Source: Eledone cirrhosa (Eukaryota). Taken from it: 64,000 nucleotides of DNA. This document shows, piece by piece, positions 25,001 to 42,300 of this stretch. Numbering within the stretch: the first letter of the stretch is position 1; each line of letters opens with the position of its first letter. The notes under the pieces are model-generated. The model ran no database searches, was not told the DNA's origin, and worked only from the letters and a program-made list of their open reading frames with translations. The stretch spans positions 17,794,001 to 17,858,000 of the forward strand of contig OZ024741.1 in assembly GCA_964016885.1 (NCBI GenBank), written 5' to 3'. Made by a program: the position numbers and the translations under genes.

Positions 25001-28000
25001 CACTGGGGTAGATAATATATAATACTGGGGTAGATAATATATAACACTGGGATAGATAATATATAACACTGTCGTAGATATTATATAACACTGGGGGAGA
25101 TAAAATATAATACTGGGGTTGATAATATAAAATACTGGGGTCGATAATATATAACACTAGGGGAGATATTATATAATAGTGGGGTAGATAATATATAATA
25201 CTGCGGTAGATAATATATAATACTGGGGTAGATAATATAAAATACTGGGGTAGATAATATATAACACTGAGGAAGATAATATATAATACTGGGGTAGATA
25301 ATATATAATACTGGCGTAGATAATATAAAATACTGGGGTAGATAATATATAATACTGGGGTAGATAATATATAAAACTGGGGTAGTTAATATATAACACT
25401 GCGGTAGATAATATATAATACTGGGGTAGATAATATATAACACTGGGGAAGATAATATATATCACTGGGGTAGATAATATATAATACTGGGGTAGATAAT
25501 ATTTAACACTGGGGTAGATAATGTATGACACTTGGCTAGATAATATATAATATTGGGGTAGATAATATATAACACTGGGGTAGATAATATATAACACTGG
25601 GGTAGTTAATATATAATACTGGGATAGATAATATATAACACTGGGGTAGATAATATATAACACTGGGGTAGATAATATATAACACTGGAATAGATAATAT
25701 ATAACACTGGGATAGGTAATATAAAACACTGGGGTAGATATTATATAATACTGGGGTTGATAATAGATAACACTAGGGTAGATAATATATAACACTGGGA
25801 TAGATACTATATAATACTGGGGTAGATAATATAAAATACCGGGGTAGATAATATATACTACTGGGGAAGATAATATATAATACTGGGGTAGATAATATAT
25901 AACACTGGGGTAGATAATATATAATACTGGGGTAGATAATATATAACACTGGGATAGATAATATATAACACTGTCGTAGATATTATATAACACTGGGGGA
26001 GATAAAATATAATACTGGGGTTGATAATATAAAATACTGGGGTCGATAATATATAACACTAGGGGAGATATTATATAATAGTGGGGTAGATAATATATAA
26101 TACTGCGGTAGATAATATATAATACTGGGGTAGATAATATAAAATACTGGGGTAGATAATATATAACACTGAGGAAGATAATATATAATACTGGGGTAGA
26201 TAATATATAATACTGGGGTAGATAATATATAACACTGGGGTAGATGATATATAACACTGGGGTAGATAATATATAACACTGGGGGGAGATATTATATAAT
26301 ACTGGGGTAGATAATATATAATAATGGGGTAGATAATATAAAACACTGGGGTAGATAATATACAATACTGGGATAGATAATATATAATACTGGGGTAGAT
26401 AATATATAACACTGGAGTAAATATTATATAACACTGGGGGAGATAATATATAATACTGGGGTTGATAATATAAAATACTGGGGTAGATAATATAAAATAC
26501 TGGGGTAGATAATATATAAAAACTAGGGTAGATAATATATAACACTTGGGTAGATAATATATAATACTGGGGTAGATAATATAAAATACTGGGGTAGATA
26601 ATATATAACACTAGGGTAGATAATATATAACACTTGGGTAGATAATATATAATACTGGGGTAGATAATATAAAACACTGGGGTAGATACTATATAACACT
26701 GGGGGAGATAATATATAATACTGGGGTAGATAAAATATAATACTTGGGTAGATAATATATAACACAGGGGTAGATAATATATAACACGGGGAGATATTAT
26801 ATAATGCTGGGGTAGATAATATATAACACTGGGGGGGGAGATATTATATAATACTGGGGTAGATAATATATAACACTGGGGTAGATAATATATAATACTG
26901 GGAAGAGATATTATATAATACTGGGTTAGATAATATATAACACTGGGGGAGATATTATATAATACTGGGGGGAGATATATAATACTGGGGTAGAAAATAT
27001 ATAGTACTGGGGTAGATAATATATAACACTGGGGTAGATATTATATAATACTGGGGGAGATAATATATAATACTGGGGTAGATAATATATAACACTGGGG
27101 TAGATAAGAAATAACACTGGGGTAGATAATATATAATACTGGGGTAGATAATATTTAATACGGGGTAGAAAATATATAACACTGGGGTAGATAATATATA
27201 ACACTGGGGGAGATATTATATAATACTGGGGTAGATATAACACTGGGAGAGATATTATATAACACTGGGGGAGATAATATATAATACTGGAGTAGATAAT
27301 ATATAATACTGTGGGAAATATAATATATAACACTGGGGTAGATAATATAAAACATGGGGTAGATAATATATAATACTCGGGGAGATAATATAATACTGGT
27401 GTAGATAATATATAATACTGGGGTAGATAATATAAATCACTGTGGTAGATAATATATAATACTGGAGGAGATAATATATAACACTGGGGTAGATAATATA
27501 AAACACTAGGGTAGATAATATATATTACTGGGGTAGATAATATATAACACTGGAGGAGATATTATATAACACTGGGGTCGATAATATATAACACTGGGGA
27601 AGATAATATATAACACTGTGGTAGATAATATATAATACTGGGGTAGATAATATATAACACTGGGATAGATAATATATAATACTGGGGTAGATAATATAAA
27701 ATACTGGGGTAGATAATATATAATACTGGGGTAGATAATATAAAATACTGGGGTAGATAATATATAATACTGGGGTAGATAATATATAAAACTGCGGTAG
27801 ATAATATATAACACTGGGGTAGATAATATATAACACTGGGGTAGATAATATATAATACTGGGGTAGGTAATATATAACACTGGGGAAGATAATATATATC
27901 ACTGGGGTAGATAATATATAATACTGGGGTAGATAATATATAACACTGGGGTAGATAATGTATAACACTTGGCTAGATAATATATAATATGGGGTAGATA

Positions 28001-30127
28001 ATATATAACACTGGGGTAGATAATATATAACACTGGTGTAGATAATATATAATACTGGGGTAGATAATATATAACACTGGGATAGATAATATATAATACT
28101 GGGGTACATAATATGTAATACTGGGGTAGATAATATATAACACTGGGGTAGATAATATATAATACTGGGGTAGATAATATATAACACTGGGATAGATAAT
28201 ATATAACACTGGCGTAGATATTATATAACACTGGGGGAGATAAAATATAATACTGGGGTTGATAATATAAAATACTGGGGTCGATAATATAAAATACTGG
28301 GGTAGATAATATATAACATTAGGGTAGATAATATATAACACTTGGGTAGATAATATATAATACTGGGGTAGATAATATATAATACTGGGGGAGATATTAT
28401 ATAATAGTGGGGTAGATAATATATAATACTGCGGTAGATAATATATAATACTGGGGTAGATAATATATAATACTGGGGTAGATAATATAAAATACTGGGG
28501 TAGATAATATATAACACTGGGGGAGATAATATATAATACTGGGGTAGATAATATATAATACTGGGGTAGATAATATATAACACTGGGGTAGATGATATAT
28601 AACACTGGGGTAGATAATATCTAATACTGGGGGGAGATATTATATAATACTGGGGTAGATAATATATAACACTGGGGGAGATATTATATAATACTGGGGG
28701 AGATATTATATAATACTGGGGTAGAAAATATATAATACTGGGGTAGATAATATATAACACTGGGGGGGAGATATTATATAATACTGGGGGAGATAATATA
28801 TAATACTGGGGTAGATAATATATAACACTGGGGTAGATAATATATAATACGGGGTAGATAATATATAACACTGGGGTAGATAATATATATCACTGGGGGA
28901 GATATTATATAATACTGGGGTAGATATAACACTGGGGGAGATATTATATAACACTGGGGGAGATAATATATAACACTTGGGTAGATAATATATAATACTG
29001 GGGTAGATAATATAAAATACTGGGGTAGATACTATATAACACTGGGGGAGATAATATATAATACTGGGGTAGATAAAATATAATACTGGGGTAGATAATA
29101 TATAACACTGGGGTAGATAATATATAACACTGGGGGAGATATTATATAATGCCGGGGTAGATAATATATAACACGGGGGGGGGGGGAGATATTATATAAT
29201 ACTGGGGGGGGGATATTATATAATACTGGGGTAGATAATATATAACACTGGGGTAGATAATATATAATACTGGGGGAGATATTATATAATACTGGGGGGA
29301 GATATATAATACTGGGGTAGAAAATATATAATACTGGGATAGAGAATATATAACACTGGGGGAGATATTATATAATACTGGGGGAGATAATATATAATAA
29401 TGGGGTAGATAATATATAACACTGGGGTAGATAAGAAATAACACTGGGGTAGATAATATATAATACTGGGGTAGATAATATATAATACGGGGAAGAAAAT
29501 ATATAACACTGGGGTAGATAATATATAACACTGGGGGAGATATTATATAATACTGGGGTAGATATAACACTGGGAGAGATAATATAAAATACTGGAGTAG
29601 ATAATATATAATACTGTGGTAAATATAATATATAACACTGGGGTAGATAATATAAAACACTGGGGTAGATAATATATAATACTCGGGGAGATAATATAAT
29701 TATGGGGTAGATAATATATAATACTGGGGTAGATAATATAAATCACTGTGGTAGATAATATATAATACTGGGGGAGATAATATATAACACTGGGGTAGAT
29801 AATATAAAACACTAGGGTAGATAATATATAATACTGGGGGAGATAATATATATTACTGGGGTAGATAATATATAACACTGGGGGAGATATTATATAACAC
29901 GGGGGTCGATAATATATAACACTGGGGTAGATAATATATAACACTGTGGTAGATAATCTATAATACTGGGGTAGATAATATATAACACTGGGATAGATAA
30001 TATATAATATTGGGGTAGATAATATAGAATACTGGGGTAGATAATATATAATACTGGGGTAGATAATATAAAATACTAGGGTAGATAATATATAATACTG
30101 GGGTAGATAATATATAAAACTGGGGTA
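16076..30127 (+). repeat. Higher-order tandem duplication, unit ~7,027 bp (copy 1 ~16076-23100, copy 2 ~23101-30127)
   Basis: ORF-track features recur at constant +7027 offset (16610/23637, 17240/24267, 18142/25169, 20946/27973, 22115/29142). Confidence 0.92.
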
Positions 30128-33100
30128 GATAATATATAACACTGGGGTAGATAATATATAACACTGCCGTAGATAATATATAATACTGGGGTAGATAATA
30201 TATAACACTGGGGAAGATAATATATATCACTGGGGTAGATAATATATAATACTGGGGTAGATAATATATAACACTGGGGTAGATAATGTATAACACTTGG
30301 CTAGTTAATATATAATATTGGGGTAGATAATATATAACACTGGGGTAGATAATATATAACACTGGGGCAGATAATATATAATACTGGGATAGATAATATA
30401 TAACACTGGGATAGATAATATATAACACTGGGGTAAATATTATATAATACTGGGGTTGATAATATATAACACTAGGGTAGATAATATATAACACTGGGAT
30501 AGATAATATATAATACTGTAGTAGATAATATAAAATACCGGGGTAGATAATATATAATACTGGGGTAGATAATATATAACACTGGGGTAGATAATATATA
30601 ATACTGGGGTAGATAATATATAACACTGGGGTAGATAATATATAATACTGGGGTAGATAATATATAACACTGGGATAGATAATATATAATACTGGGGTAG
30701 ATAATATATAACACTGGGGTAGATAATATATAATACTGGGGTAGATAATATATAACACTGGGATAGATAATATATAACACTGGCGTAGATATTATATAAC
30801 ACTGGGGGAGATAATATAAAATACTGGGGTCGATAATATAAAATCCTGGGGTAGATAATATATAACACTAGGGTAGATAATATATAACACTTGGGTAGAT
30901 AATATATAATACTGGGGTAGATAATATATAATACTGGGGGAGATATTATATAATAGTGGGGTAGATAATATATAACACTGGGGGAGATAATATATAATAA
31001 TGGGGTAGATAATATATAATACTGGGGTAGATAATATATAACACTGGGGTAGATGATATATAACACTGGGGTAGATAATATATAATACTGGGGGGAGATA
31101 TTATATAATACTGGGATAGATAATATATAACACTGGGGGAGATATTATATAATACTGGGGGAGATATTATATAATACTGGGGTAGAAAATATATAATACT
31201 GGGGTAGATAATATATAACACTGGGGGGAGATATTATATAATACTGGGGGAGATAATATATAATACTGGGGTAGATAATATATAACACTGGGGTAGATAA
31301 TAAATAACACTGGGGTAGATAATATATAATACTGGGGTAGATAATATATAATACGGGGTAGATAATATATAACACTGGGGTAGATAATATATAACACAGG
31401 GGGAGATATTATATAATACTGGGGTAGATATAACACTGGCGGAGATATTATATAACACTGGGGAAGATAATATATAATACTGGAGTAGATAATATATAAT
31501 ACTGTGGTAAATAATATATAATACTGGGGTAGATAATATAAAATACTGTGGTAGATAATATATAACACTGGGGGAGATAATATATAATAATGGGGTAGAT
31601 AATATATAATACTGGGGTAGATAATATATAACACTGGGGTAGATGATATATAACACTGGGGTAGATAATATATAATACTGGGGGGAGATATTATATAATA
31701 CTGGGGGAGATATTATATAATACTGGGGTAGAAAATATATAATACTGGGGTAGATAATATATAACACTGGGCGGAGATATTATATAATACTGGGGGAGAT
31801 AATATATAATACTGGGGTAGATAATATATAACACTGGGGTAGATAATAAATAACACTGGGGTAGATAATATATAATACTGGGGTAGATAATATATAATAC
31901 GGGGTAGATAATATATAACACTGGGGTAGATAATATATAACACAGGAGGAGATATTATATAATACTGGGGTAGATATAACACTGGCGGAGATATTATATA
32001 ACACTGGGGAAGATAATATATAATACTGGAGTAGATAATATATAATACTGTGGTAAATAATATATAACACTGGGGTAGATAATATAAAACACTGGGGTAG
32101 ATGATATATAATACTGGGGGAGATAATATAACACTGGAATAGATAATATATAAAATTGGGGTCCATAATATAAAAAACTGGGGTTGATAATATATAATAC
32201 TGGGGTAGATAATATATAATACGGGGTAGATAATATATAACACTGGGGTAGATAATATAAAATACTGGGGTAGATAATATAAAATACTGGGGTAGATAAT
32301 ATATAATACTGGGGTAGATAAGATATAACACTGGGGTAGATAATATATAATACTGGTGGAGATAATATATAACACTGTGGTAGATAATATATAATACTGG
32401 GGTAGATAATATATAACACTGGGGTAGATAATATATAATATTGGGGTAGATAATATATAACACTGGGATAGATAATATATAATACTGGGGTAGATAATAT
32501 AAAATACTGGGGTAGATAATATATAAAACCGGGGTAGATAATATATAACACTGGGGTAGATAATATATAACACTGGGGTAGATAATATATAACACTGGGG
32601 TAGATATTATATAACACTGGGGTAGATAATATATAATACTTGGGTAGATAATATAAAATACCGGGGTAGATAATATATAATACTGGGGTAGATAATATAT
32701 AATACTGGGGTAGATAATATATAACATTGGGCTAGATAATATATTATACTGGGGTAGATAATATATAACACTGGGATAGATAATATATAACACTGGGGTA
32801 GATATTATATAACACTGGGGTAGATAAAATATAATACTAGGGTTGATATTATAAAATACTGGGGTAGATAATATATAATACTGGGGTAGATAATATATAA
32901 CACTAGGGTAGGTAATATATAATACTGGGGTAGATAATATATAAAACTGGGGTAGATAATATATAACACTGGGGTAGATAATATATAACACTGCCGTAGA
33001 TAATATATAATACTGGGGTAGATAATATATAACACTGGGGAAGATAATATATATCACTGGGGTAGATAATATATAATACTGGGGTAGATAATATATAACA

Positions 33101-33349
33101 CTGGGGTAGATAATGTATAACACTTGGCTAGTTAATATATAATATTGGGGTAGATAATATATAACACTGGGGTAGATAATATATAACACTGGGGCAGATA
33201 ATATATAATACTGGGATAGATAATATATAACACTGGGATAGATAATATATAACACTGGGGTAAATATTATATAATACTGGGGTTGATAATATATAACACT
33301 AGGGTAGATAATATATAACACTGGGATAGATAATATATAATACTGTAGT

Positions 33350-36300
33350 AGATAATATAAAATACCGGGGTAGATAATATATAATACTGGGGTAGATAAT
33401 ATATAACACTGGGGTAGATAATATATAATACTGGGGTAGATAATATATAACACTGGGGTAGATAATATATAATACTGGGGTAGATAATATATAACACTGG
33501 GATAGATAATATATAATACTGGGGTAGATAATATATAACACTGGGGTAGATAATATATAATACTGGGGTAGATAATATATAACACTGGGATAGATAATAT
33601 ATAACACTGGCGTAGATATTATATAACACTGGGGGAGATAATATAAAATACTGGGGTCGATAATATAAAATCCTGGGGTAGATAATATATAACACTAGGG
33701 TAGATAATATATAACACTTGGGTAGATAATATATAATACTGGGGTAGATAATATATAATACTGGGGGAGATATTATATAATAGTGTGGTAGATAATATAT
33801 AACACTGGGGGAGATAATATATAATAATTGGGTAGATAATATATAATACTGGGGTAGATAATATATAACACTGGGGTAGATGATATATAACACTGGGGTA
33901 GATAATATATAATACTGGGGGGAGATATTATATAATACTGGGATAGATAATATATAACACTGGGGGAGATATTATATAATACTGGGGGAGATATTATATA
34001 ATACTGGGGTAGAAAATATATAATACTGGGGTAGATAATATATAACACTGGGGGGAGATATTATATAATACTGGGGGAGATAATATATAATACTGGGGTA
34101 GATAATATATAACACTGGGGTAGATAATAAATAACACTGGGGTAGATAATATATAATACTGGGGTAGATAATATATAATACGGGGTAGATAATATATAAC
34201 ACTGGGGTAGATAATATATAACACAGGGGGAGATATTATATAATACTGGGGTAGATATAACACTGGCGGAGATATTATATAACACTGGGGAAGATAATAT
34301 ATAATACTGGAGTAGATAATATATAATACTGTGGTAAATAATATATAATACTGGGGTAGATAATATAAAATACTGTGGTAGATAATATATAACACTGGGG
34401 GAGATAATATATAATAATGGGGTAGATAATATATAATACTGGGGTAGATAATATATAACACTGGGGTAGATGATATATAACACTGGGGTAGATAATATAT
34501 AATACTGGGGGGAGATATTATATAATACTGGGATAGATAATATATAACACTGGGGGGGGAGATATTATATAATACTGGGGGAGATATTATATAATACTGG
34601 GGTAGAAAATATATAATACTGGGGTAGATAATATATAACACTGGGCGGAGATATTATATAATACTGGGGGAGATAATATATAATACTGGGGTAGATAATA
34701 TATAACACTGGGGTAGATAATAAATAACACTGGGGTAGATAATATATAATACTGGGGTAGATAATATATAATACGCGGTAGATAATATATAACACTGGGG
34801 TAGATAATATATAACACAGGGGGAGATATCATATAATACTGGGGTAGATATAACACTGGCGGAGATATTATATAACACTGGGGAAGATAATATATAATAC
34901 TGGAGTAGATAATATATAATACTGTGGTAAATAATATATAACACTGGGGTAGATAATATAAAACACTGGGGTAGATGATATATAATACTGGGGGAGATAA
35001 TATAACACTGGAATAGATAATATATAAAATTGGGGTCCATAATATAAAAAACTGGGGTTGATAATATATAATACTGGGGTAGATAATATATAATACGGGG
35101 TAGATAATATATAACACTGGGGTAGATAATATAAAATACTGGGGTAGATAATATAAAATACTGGGATAGATAATATATAATACTGGGGTAGATAAGATAT
35201 AACACTGGGGTAGATAATATATAATACTGGTGGAGATAATATATAACACTGTGGTAGATAATATATAATACTGGGGTAGATAATATATAACACTGGGGTA
35301 GATAATATATAATATTGGGGTAGATAATATATAACACTGGGATAGATAATATATAATACTGGGGTAGATAATATAAAATACTGGGGTAGATAATATATAA
35401 AACCGGGGTAGATAATATATAACACTGGGGTAGATAATATATAACACTGGGGTAGATAATATATAACACTGGGGTAGATATTACATAACACTGGGGTAGA
35501 TAATATATAATACTTGGGTAGATAATATAAAATACCGGGGTAGATAATATATAATACTGGGGTAGATAATATATAATACTGGGGTAGATAATATATAACA
35601 TTGGGCTAGATAATATATAATACTGGGGTAGATAATATATAACACTGGGATAGATAATATATAACACTGGGGTAGATATTATATAACACTGGGGTAGATA
35701 ATATATCACACTGGGGTAGATAATATATAACACTAGGGTAGATAATATATAACACTGGGATGGATAATATATAACACTGTGGTACATAATATATAACACT
35801 TGGGTAGACAATATATAACACTGGCTTAGATAATATATAACACTGGCGGAGATAATATATAACACTGGTGTAGATAATATATAATACTGGGGTAGATAAT
35901 ATAAAATACTGGGGTAGATAATATATAATACTGGGGTAGATAATATAAAATACTGGGGTAGATAATATATAACACTGGGGGATATAATATATAATACTGG
36001 GGGGAGATATTATATAATACTGGGGTAGATAATATATAACACTGTGGTAGATAATATATAACACTGGGATAAATAATATATAACACTGGGTAAGATATTA
36101 TATAACACTGGGGTAGATAATATATAACACTGGGGTACATAATATATAACACAGGGGTAGATAATATATAATACTGGGGTAGAAAATATATAACACTGGG
36201 ATAGATAATATATAATTCTGGGGTAGATAATATAAAATACTGGGGTAGATAATATATAAGACTGGGGTAGATAATATATAACACTGGGGTAGATAATATA

Positions 36301-39300
36301 TAACACTGGGGGAGATAATATATAACGCTGGGGTAGATAATATAAAATACTGGGGTAGATAATATAAAATACTGGGGTAGATAATATATAATACTGGGGT
36401 AGATAATATATAATACTGGGGTAGATAATGTATAATACTGGTGTAGATAATATATAATACTGGGGTAGATAATATATAATACTGGGGGAGATAATATAAA
36501 ATACTTGGGTAGATAATATATAACACTGGGGGAGATATTATATAATACTGGGGGAGATACTATATAATACTGGGGTAGATATAACACTGGGGGAGATATT
36601 ATATAACAATGGGTGAGATAATATATACTACTGGAATAGATAATATATAATACTGGGGTAAATAATATAACACTGGGGTAGATAATATATAATACTGGGG
36701 TATATATTATAAAACACTGGGGTAGATAATATATAATACTGGGGTATATAATATAAAACACTGGGGTAGATAATATATAATACTGGGGGAGATAATATAT
36801 AATACTGGGATAGATAATATATAACACTAGGGTAGATAATATATAACACTGGGGTAGATAATATATAATACTGGGGTAGATAATATATAATACTGGGGGA
36901 AATAATATATAACACTGGGGTAGATAATATATAATACTGGGGTAGATAATATATAATACTGGGGTAGATAATATATCACACTGGGGTAGATAATATATAA
37001 CACTAGGGTAGATAATATATAACACTGGGATGGATAATATATAACACTGTGGTACATAATATATAACACTTGGGTAGACAATATATAACACTGGCTTAGA
37101 TAATATATAACACTGGCGGAGATAATATATAACACTGGTGTAGATAATATATAATACTGGGGTAGATAATATAAAATACTGGGGTAGATAATATATAATA
37201 CTGGGGTAGATAATATAAAATACTGGGGTAGATAATATATAACACTGGGGGAGATAATATATAATACTGGCGTAGATAATATATAACACTGGGGTTGATA
37301 ATATATAATACTGGGGTAGATAATATATAACACTGGGGTAGATAATATATAATACTGGGGGGGGGGGCTAGATATTATATAATACTGGGGTAGATAATAT
37401 ATAACATGGGAGGGGGGGAGATATTATATAATACTGTTAGAGATATTATATAATACTGGGGTAGAAAATATATAATACTGGGGTAGATAATATATATCAC
37501 TGGGGAGATATTATATAATACTGGGGGACATAATATATAATACTGGAGTAGATAATATATAACACTGGGGTAGATAAGAAATAACCTTGGGGTAGATAAT
37601 ATATAATACTGGGGTAGATAATATATAATACGGGGTAGAATATATATAACACTGGGGTAGATAATATATAACACTGGGGGAGATATTATATAATACTTGG
37701 GTAGATATAACACTGGGGGAGATATTATATAACACTGGGGGAGATAATATATAATACTGGAGTAGATAATATAAAACACTGGGGTAGATAATATATAATA
37801 CTGGGGTAGATAATATATAATACTGGGGGAGATAATATATAACACTGGGGTAGATACTATAAAACACTGGGGTAGATAATATATAATACTGGGGTAGATA
37901 ATATATAATACTGGGGTAGATAATATAAAATACTGGGGTAGATAATATATAACACTGGGGGAGATAATATATAATACTGGGGTAGATAATATATAATACG
38001 GGGTAGATAATATATAACACTGGGGTAGATAATATATAACAATCGGGGAGATAATATATAACACTGGGGTAGATAATATAAAATACTGGGGTAGATAATA
38101 TAAAATACTGGGGTAGATAATATATAATACTGGGGTAGATAATATATAACACTGGGGTAGATAATATATAATACTGGTGGAGATAATATATAACACTGTG
38201 GTAGATAATATATAATACAGGGGTAGATAATATATAACCTTGGGGTAGATAATATACAATATTGGGGTAGATAATATATAACACTGGGATAGATAATATA
38301 TAATACTGGCGTAGATAATATAAAATACTGGGGTAGATAATATATAAAACCGGGGTAGATAATATATAACATTGGGGTAGATAATATATAACACTGGGGT
38401 AGATAATATACAACACTGGGGTAGATATTATATAACACTGGGGTAGATAATATATAATACTTGGGTAGATAATATAAAATACCGGGGTAGATAATATATA
38501 ATACTGGGGTAGATAATATATAATACTGGGGTAGATAATATATAACATTGGGCTAGATAATATATAATACTGGGGTAGATAATATATAACACTGGGATAG
38601 ATAATATATAACACTGGGGTAGATATTATATAACACTGGGGTAGATAAAATATAATACTAGGGTTGATATTATAAAATACTGCGGTAGATAATATATAAT
38701 ACTGGGGTAGATAATATATAACACTGGGGTAGATGATATATAACACTGGGGTAGATAATATATAATACTGGGGGGAGATATTATATAATACTGGGATAGA
38801 TAATATATAACACTGGGGGGAGATATTATATAATACTGGGGGAGATATTATATAATACTGGGGTAGAAAATTTATAATACTGGGGTAGATAATATATAAC
38901 ACTGGGGGGAGATATTATATAATACTGGGGGAGATAATATATAATACTGGGGTAGATAATATATAACACTGGGGTAGATAATAAATAACACTGGGGTAGA
39001 TAATATATAATACTGGGGTAGATAATATATAATACGGGGTAGATAATATATAACACTGGGGTAGATAATATATAACACAGGGGGAGATATTATATAATAC
39101 TGGGGTAGATATAACACTGGCGGAGATATTATATAACACTGGGGAAGATAATATATAATACTGGAGTAGATAATATATAATACTGTGGTAAATAATATAT
39201 AACACTGGGGTAGATAATATAAAACACTGGGGTAGATGATATATAATACTGGGGGAGATAATATAACACTGGAATAGATAATATATAAAATTGGGGTCCA

Positions 39301-42300
39301 TAATATAAAAAACTGGGGTTGATAATATATAATACTGGGGTAGATAATATATAATACGGGGTAGATAATATATAACACTGGGGTAGATAATATATAACAA
39401 TCGGGGAGATAATATATAACACTGGGGTAGATAATATAAAATACTGGGGTAGATAATATAAAATACTGGGGTAGATAATATATAATACTGGGGTAGATAA
39501 GATATAACACTGGGGTAGATAATATATAATACTGGTGGAGATAATATATAACACTGTGGTAGATAATATATAATACTGGGGTAGATAATATATAACACTG
39601 GGGTAGATAATATATAATATTGGGGTAGATAATATATAACACTGGGATAGATAATATATAATACTGGGGTAGATAATATAAAATACTGTGGTAGATAATA
39701 TATAAAACCGGGGTAGATAATATATAACACTGGGGTAGATAATATATAACACTGGGGTAGATAATATATAACACTGGGGTAGATATTATATAACACTGGG
39801 GTAGATAATATATAATTTTTGGGTAGATAATATAAAATACCGGGGTAGATAATATATAATACTGGGGTAGATAATATATAATACTGGGGTAGATAATATA
39901 TAACATTGGGCTAGATAATATATAATACTGGGGTAGATAATATATAACACTGGGATAGATAATATATATCACTGGGGTAGATATAATATAATACTAGGGT
40001 TGATATTATAAAATACTGGGGTAGATAATATATAATACTGGGGTAGGTAATATATAACACTAGGGTAGGTAATATATAATACTGGGGAGATAATATATAA
40101 TACTGGGGTAGATAATATATAACACTGGGGGATATAATATATAATACTGGGGTAGATAATATATAATACTGGGGTAGATAATATATAACACTGGGGTAGT
40201 TAATATATAACACTGGGGTAGATAATATATAATACTGGGGGGAGATATTATATAATACTGGGGTAGAAAATATATAACACTGTGGTAGATAATATATAAC
40301 ACTGGGGTAAATAATATATAACACTGGGTAAGATATTATATAACACTGGGGTAGATAATATATAACACTGGGGTACATAATATATAACACAGGGGTAGAT
40401 AATATATAATACTGGGGTAGAAAATATATAACACTGGGATAGATAATATATAATTCTGGGGTAGATAATATAAAATACTGGGGTAGATAATATATAAGAC
40501 TGGGGTAGATAATATATAACACTGGGGTAGATAATATATAACACTGGGGGAGATAATATATAACGCTGGGGTAGATAATATAAAATACTGGGGTAGATAA
40601 TATAAAATACTGGGGTAGATAATATATAATACTGGGGTAGATAATATATAATACTGGGGTAGATAATGTATAATACTGGTGTAGATAATATATAATACTG
40701 GGGTAGATAATATATAATACTGGGGGAGATAATATAAAATACTGGGGTAGATAATATATAACACTGGGGGAGATATTATATAATACTGGGGGAGATACTA
40801 TATAATACTGGGGTAGATATAACACTGGGGGAGATATTATATAACAATGGGTGAGATAATATATACTACTGGAATAGATAATATATAATACTGGGGTAAA
40901 TTATATAATACTGGGGTAGATAATATATAATACTGGGGTATATATTATAAAACACTGGGGTAGATAATATATAATACTGGGGTATATAATATAAAACACT
41001 GGGGTAGATAATATATAATACTGGGGGAGATAATATATAATACTGGGATAGATAATATATAACACTAGGGTAGATAATATATAACACTGGGATAGATAAT
41101 ATATAACACTGTGGTACATAATATATAACACTTGGGTAGACAATATATAACACTGGCTTAGATAATATATAACACTGGCGGAGATAATATATAACACTGG
41201 TGTAGATAATATATAATGCTGGGGTAGATAATATAAAATACTGGGGTAGATAATATATAATACTGGGGTAGATAATATAAAATACTGGGGTAGATAATAT
41301 ATAACACTGGGGGAGATAATATATAATACTGGCGTAGATAATATATAACACTGGGGTTGATAATATATAATACTGGGGTAGATAATATATAACACTGGGG
41401 TAGATAATATATAATACTGGGGGGGGGGCTAGATATTATATAATACTGGGGTAGATAATATATAACATGGGGGGGGGGAGATATTATATAATACTGTTAG
41501 AGATATTATATAATACTGGGGTAGAAAATATATAATACTGGGGTAGATAATATATATCACTGGGGAGATATTATATAATACTGGGGGACATAATATATAA
41601 TACTGGGGTAGATAAGAAATAACCTTGGGGTAGATAATATATAATACTGGGGTAGATAATATATAATACGGGGTAGAATATATATAACACTGGGGTAGAT
41701 AATATATAACACTGGGGGAGATATTATATAATACTTGGGTAGATATAACACTGGGGGAGATATTATATAACACTGGGGGAGATAATATATAATACTGGAG
41801 TAGATAATATAAAACACTGGGGTAGATAATATATAATACTGGGGTAGATAATATATAATACTGGGGGAGATAATATATAACACTGGGGTAGATACTATAA
41901 AACACTGGGGTAGATAATATATAATACTGGGGTAGATAATATATAATACTGGGGTAGATAATATAAAATACTGGGGTAGATAATATATAACACTGGGGGA
42001 GATAATATATAATACTGGGGTAGATAATATATAATACGGGGTAGATAATATATAACACTGGGGTAGATAATATATAACAATCGGGGAGATAATATATAAC
42101 ACTGGGGTAGATAATATAAAATACTGGGGTAGATAATATAAAATACTGGGGTAGATAATATATAATACTGGGGTAGATAATATATAACACTGGGGTAGAT
42201 AATATATAATACTGGTGGAGATAATATATAACACTGTGGTAGATAATATATAATACAGGGGTAGATAATATATAACCTTGGGGTAGATAATATACAATAT

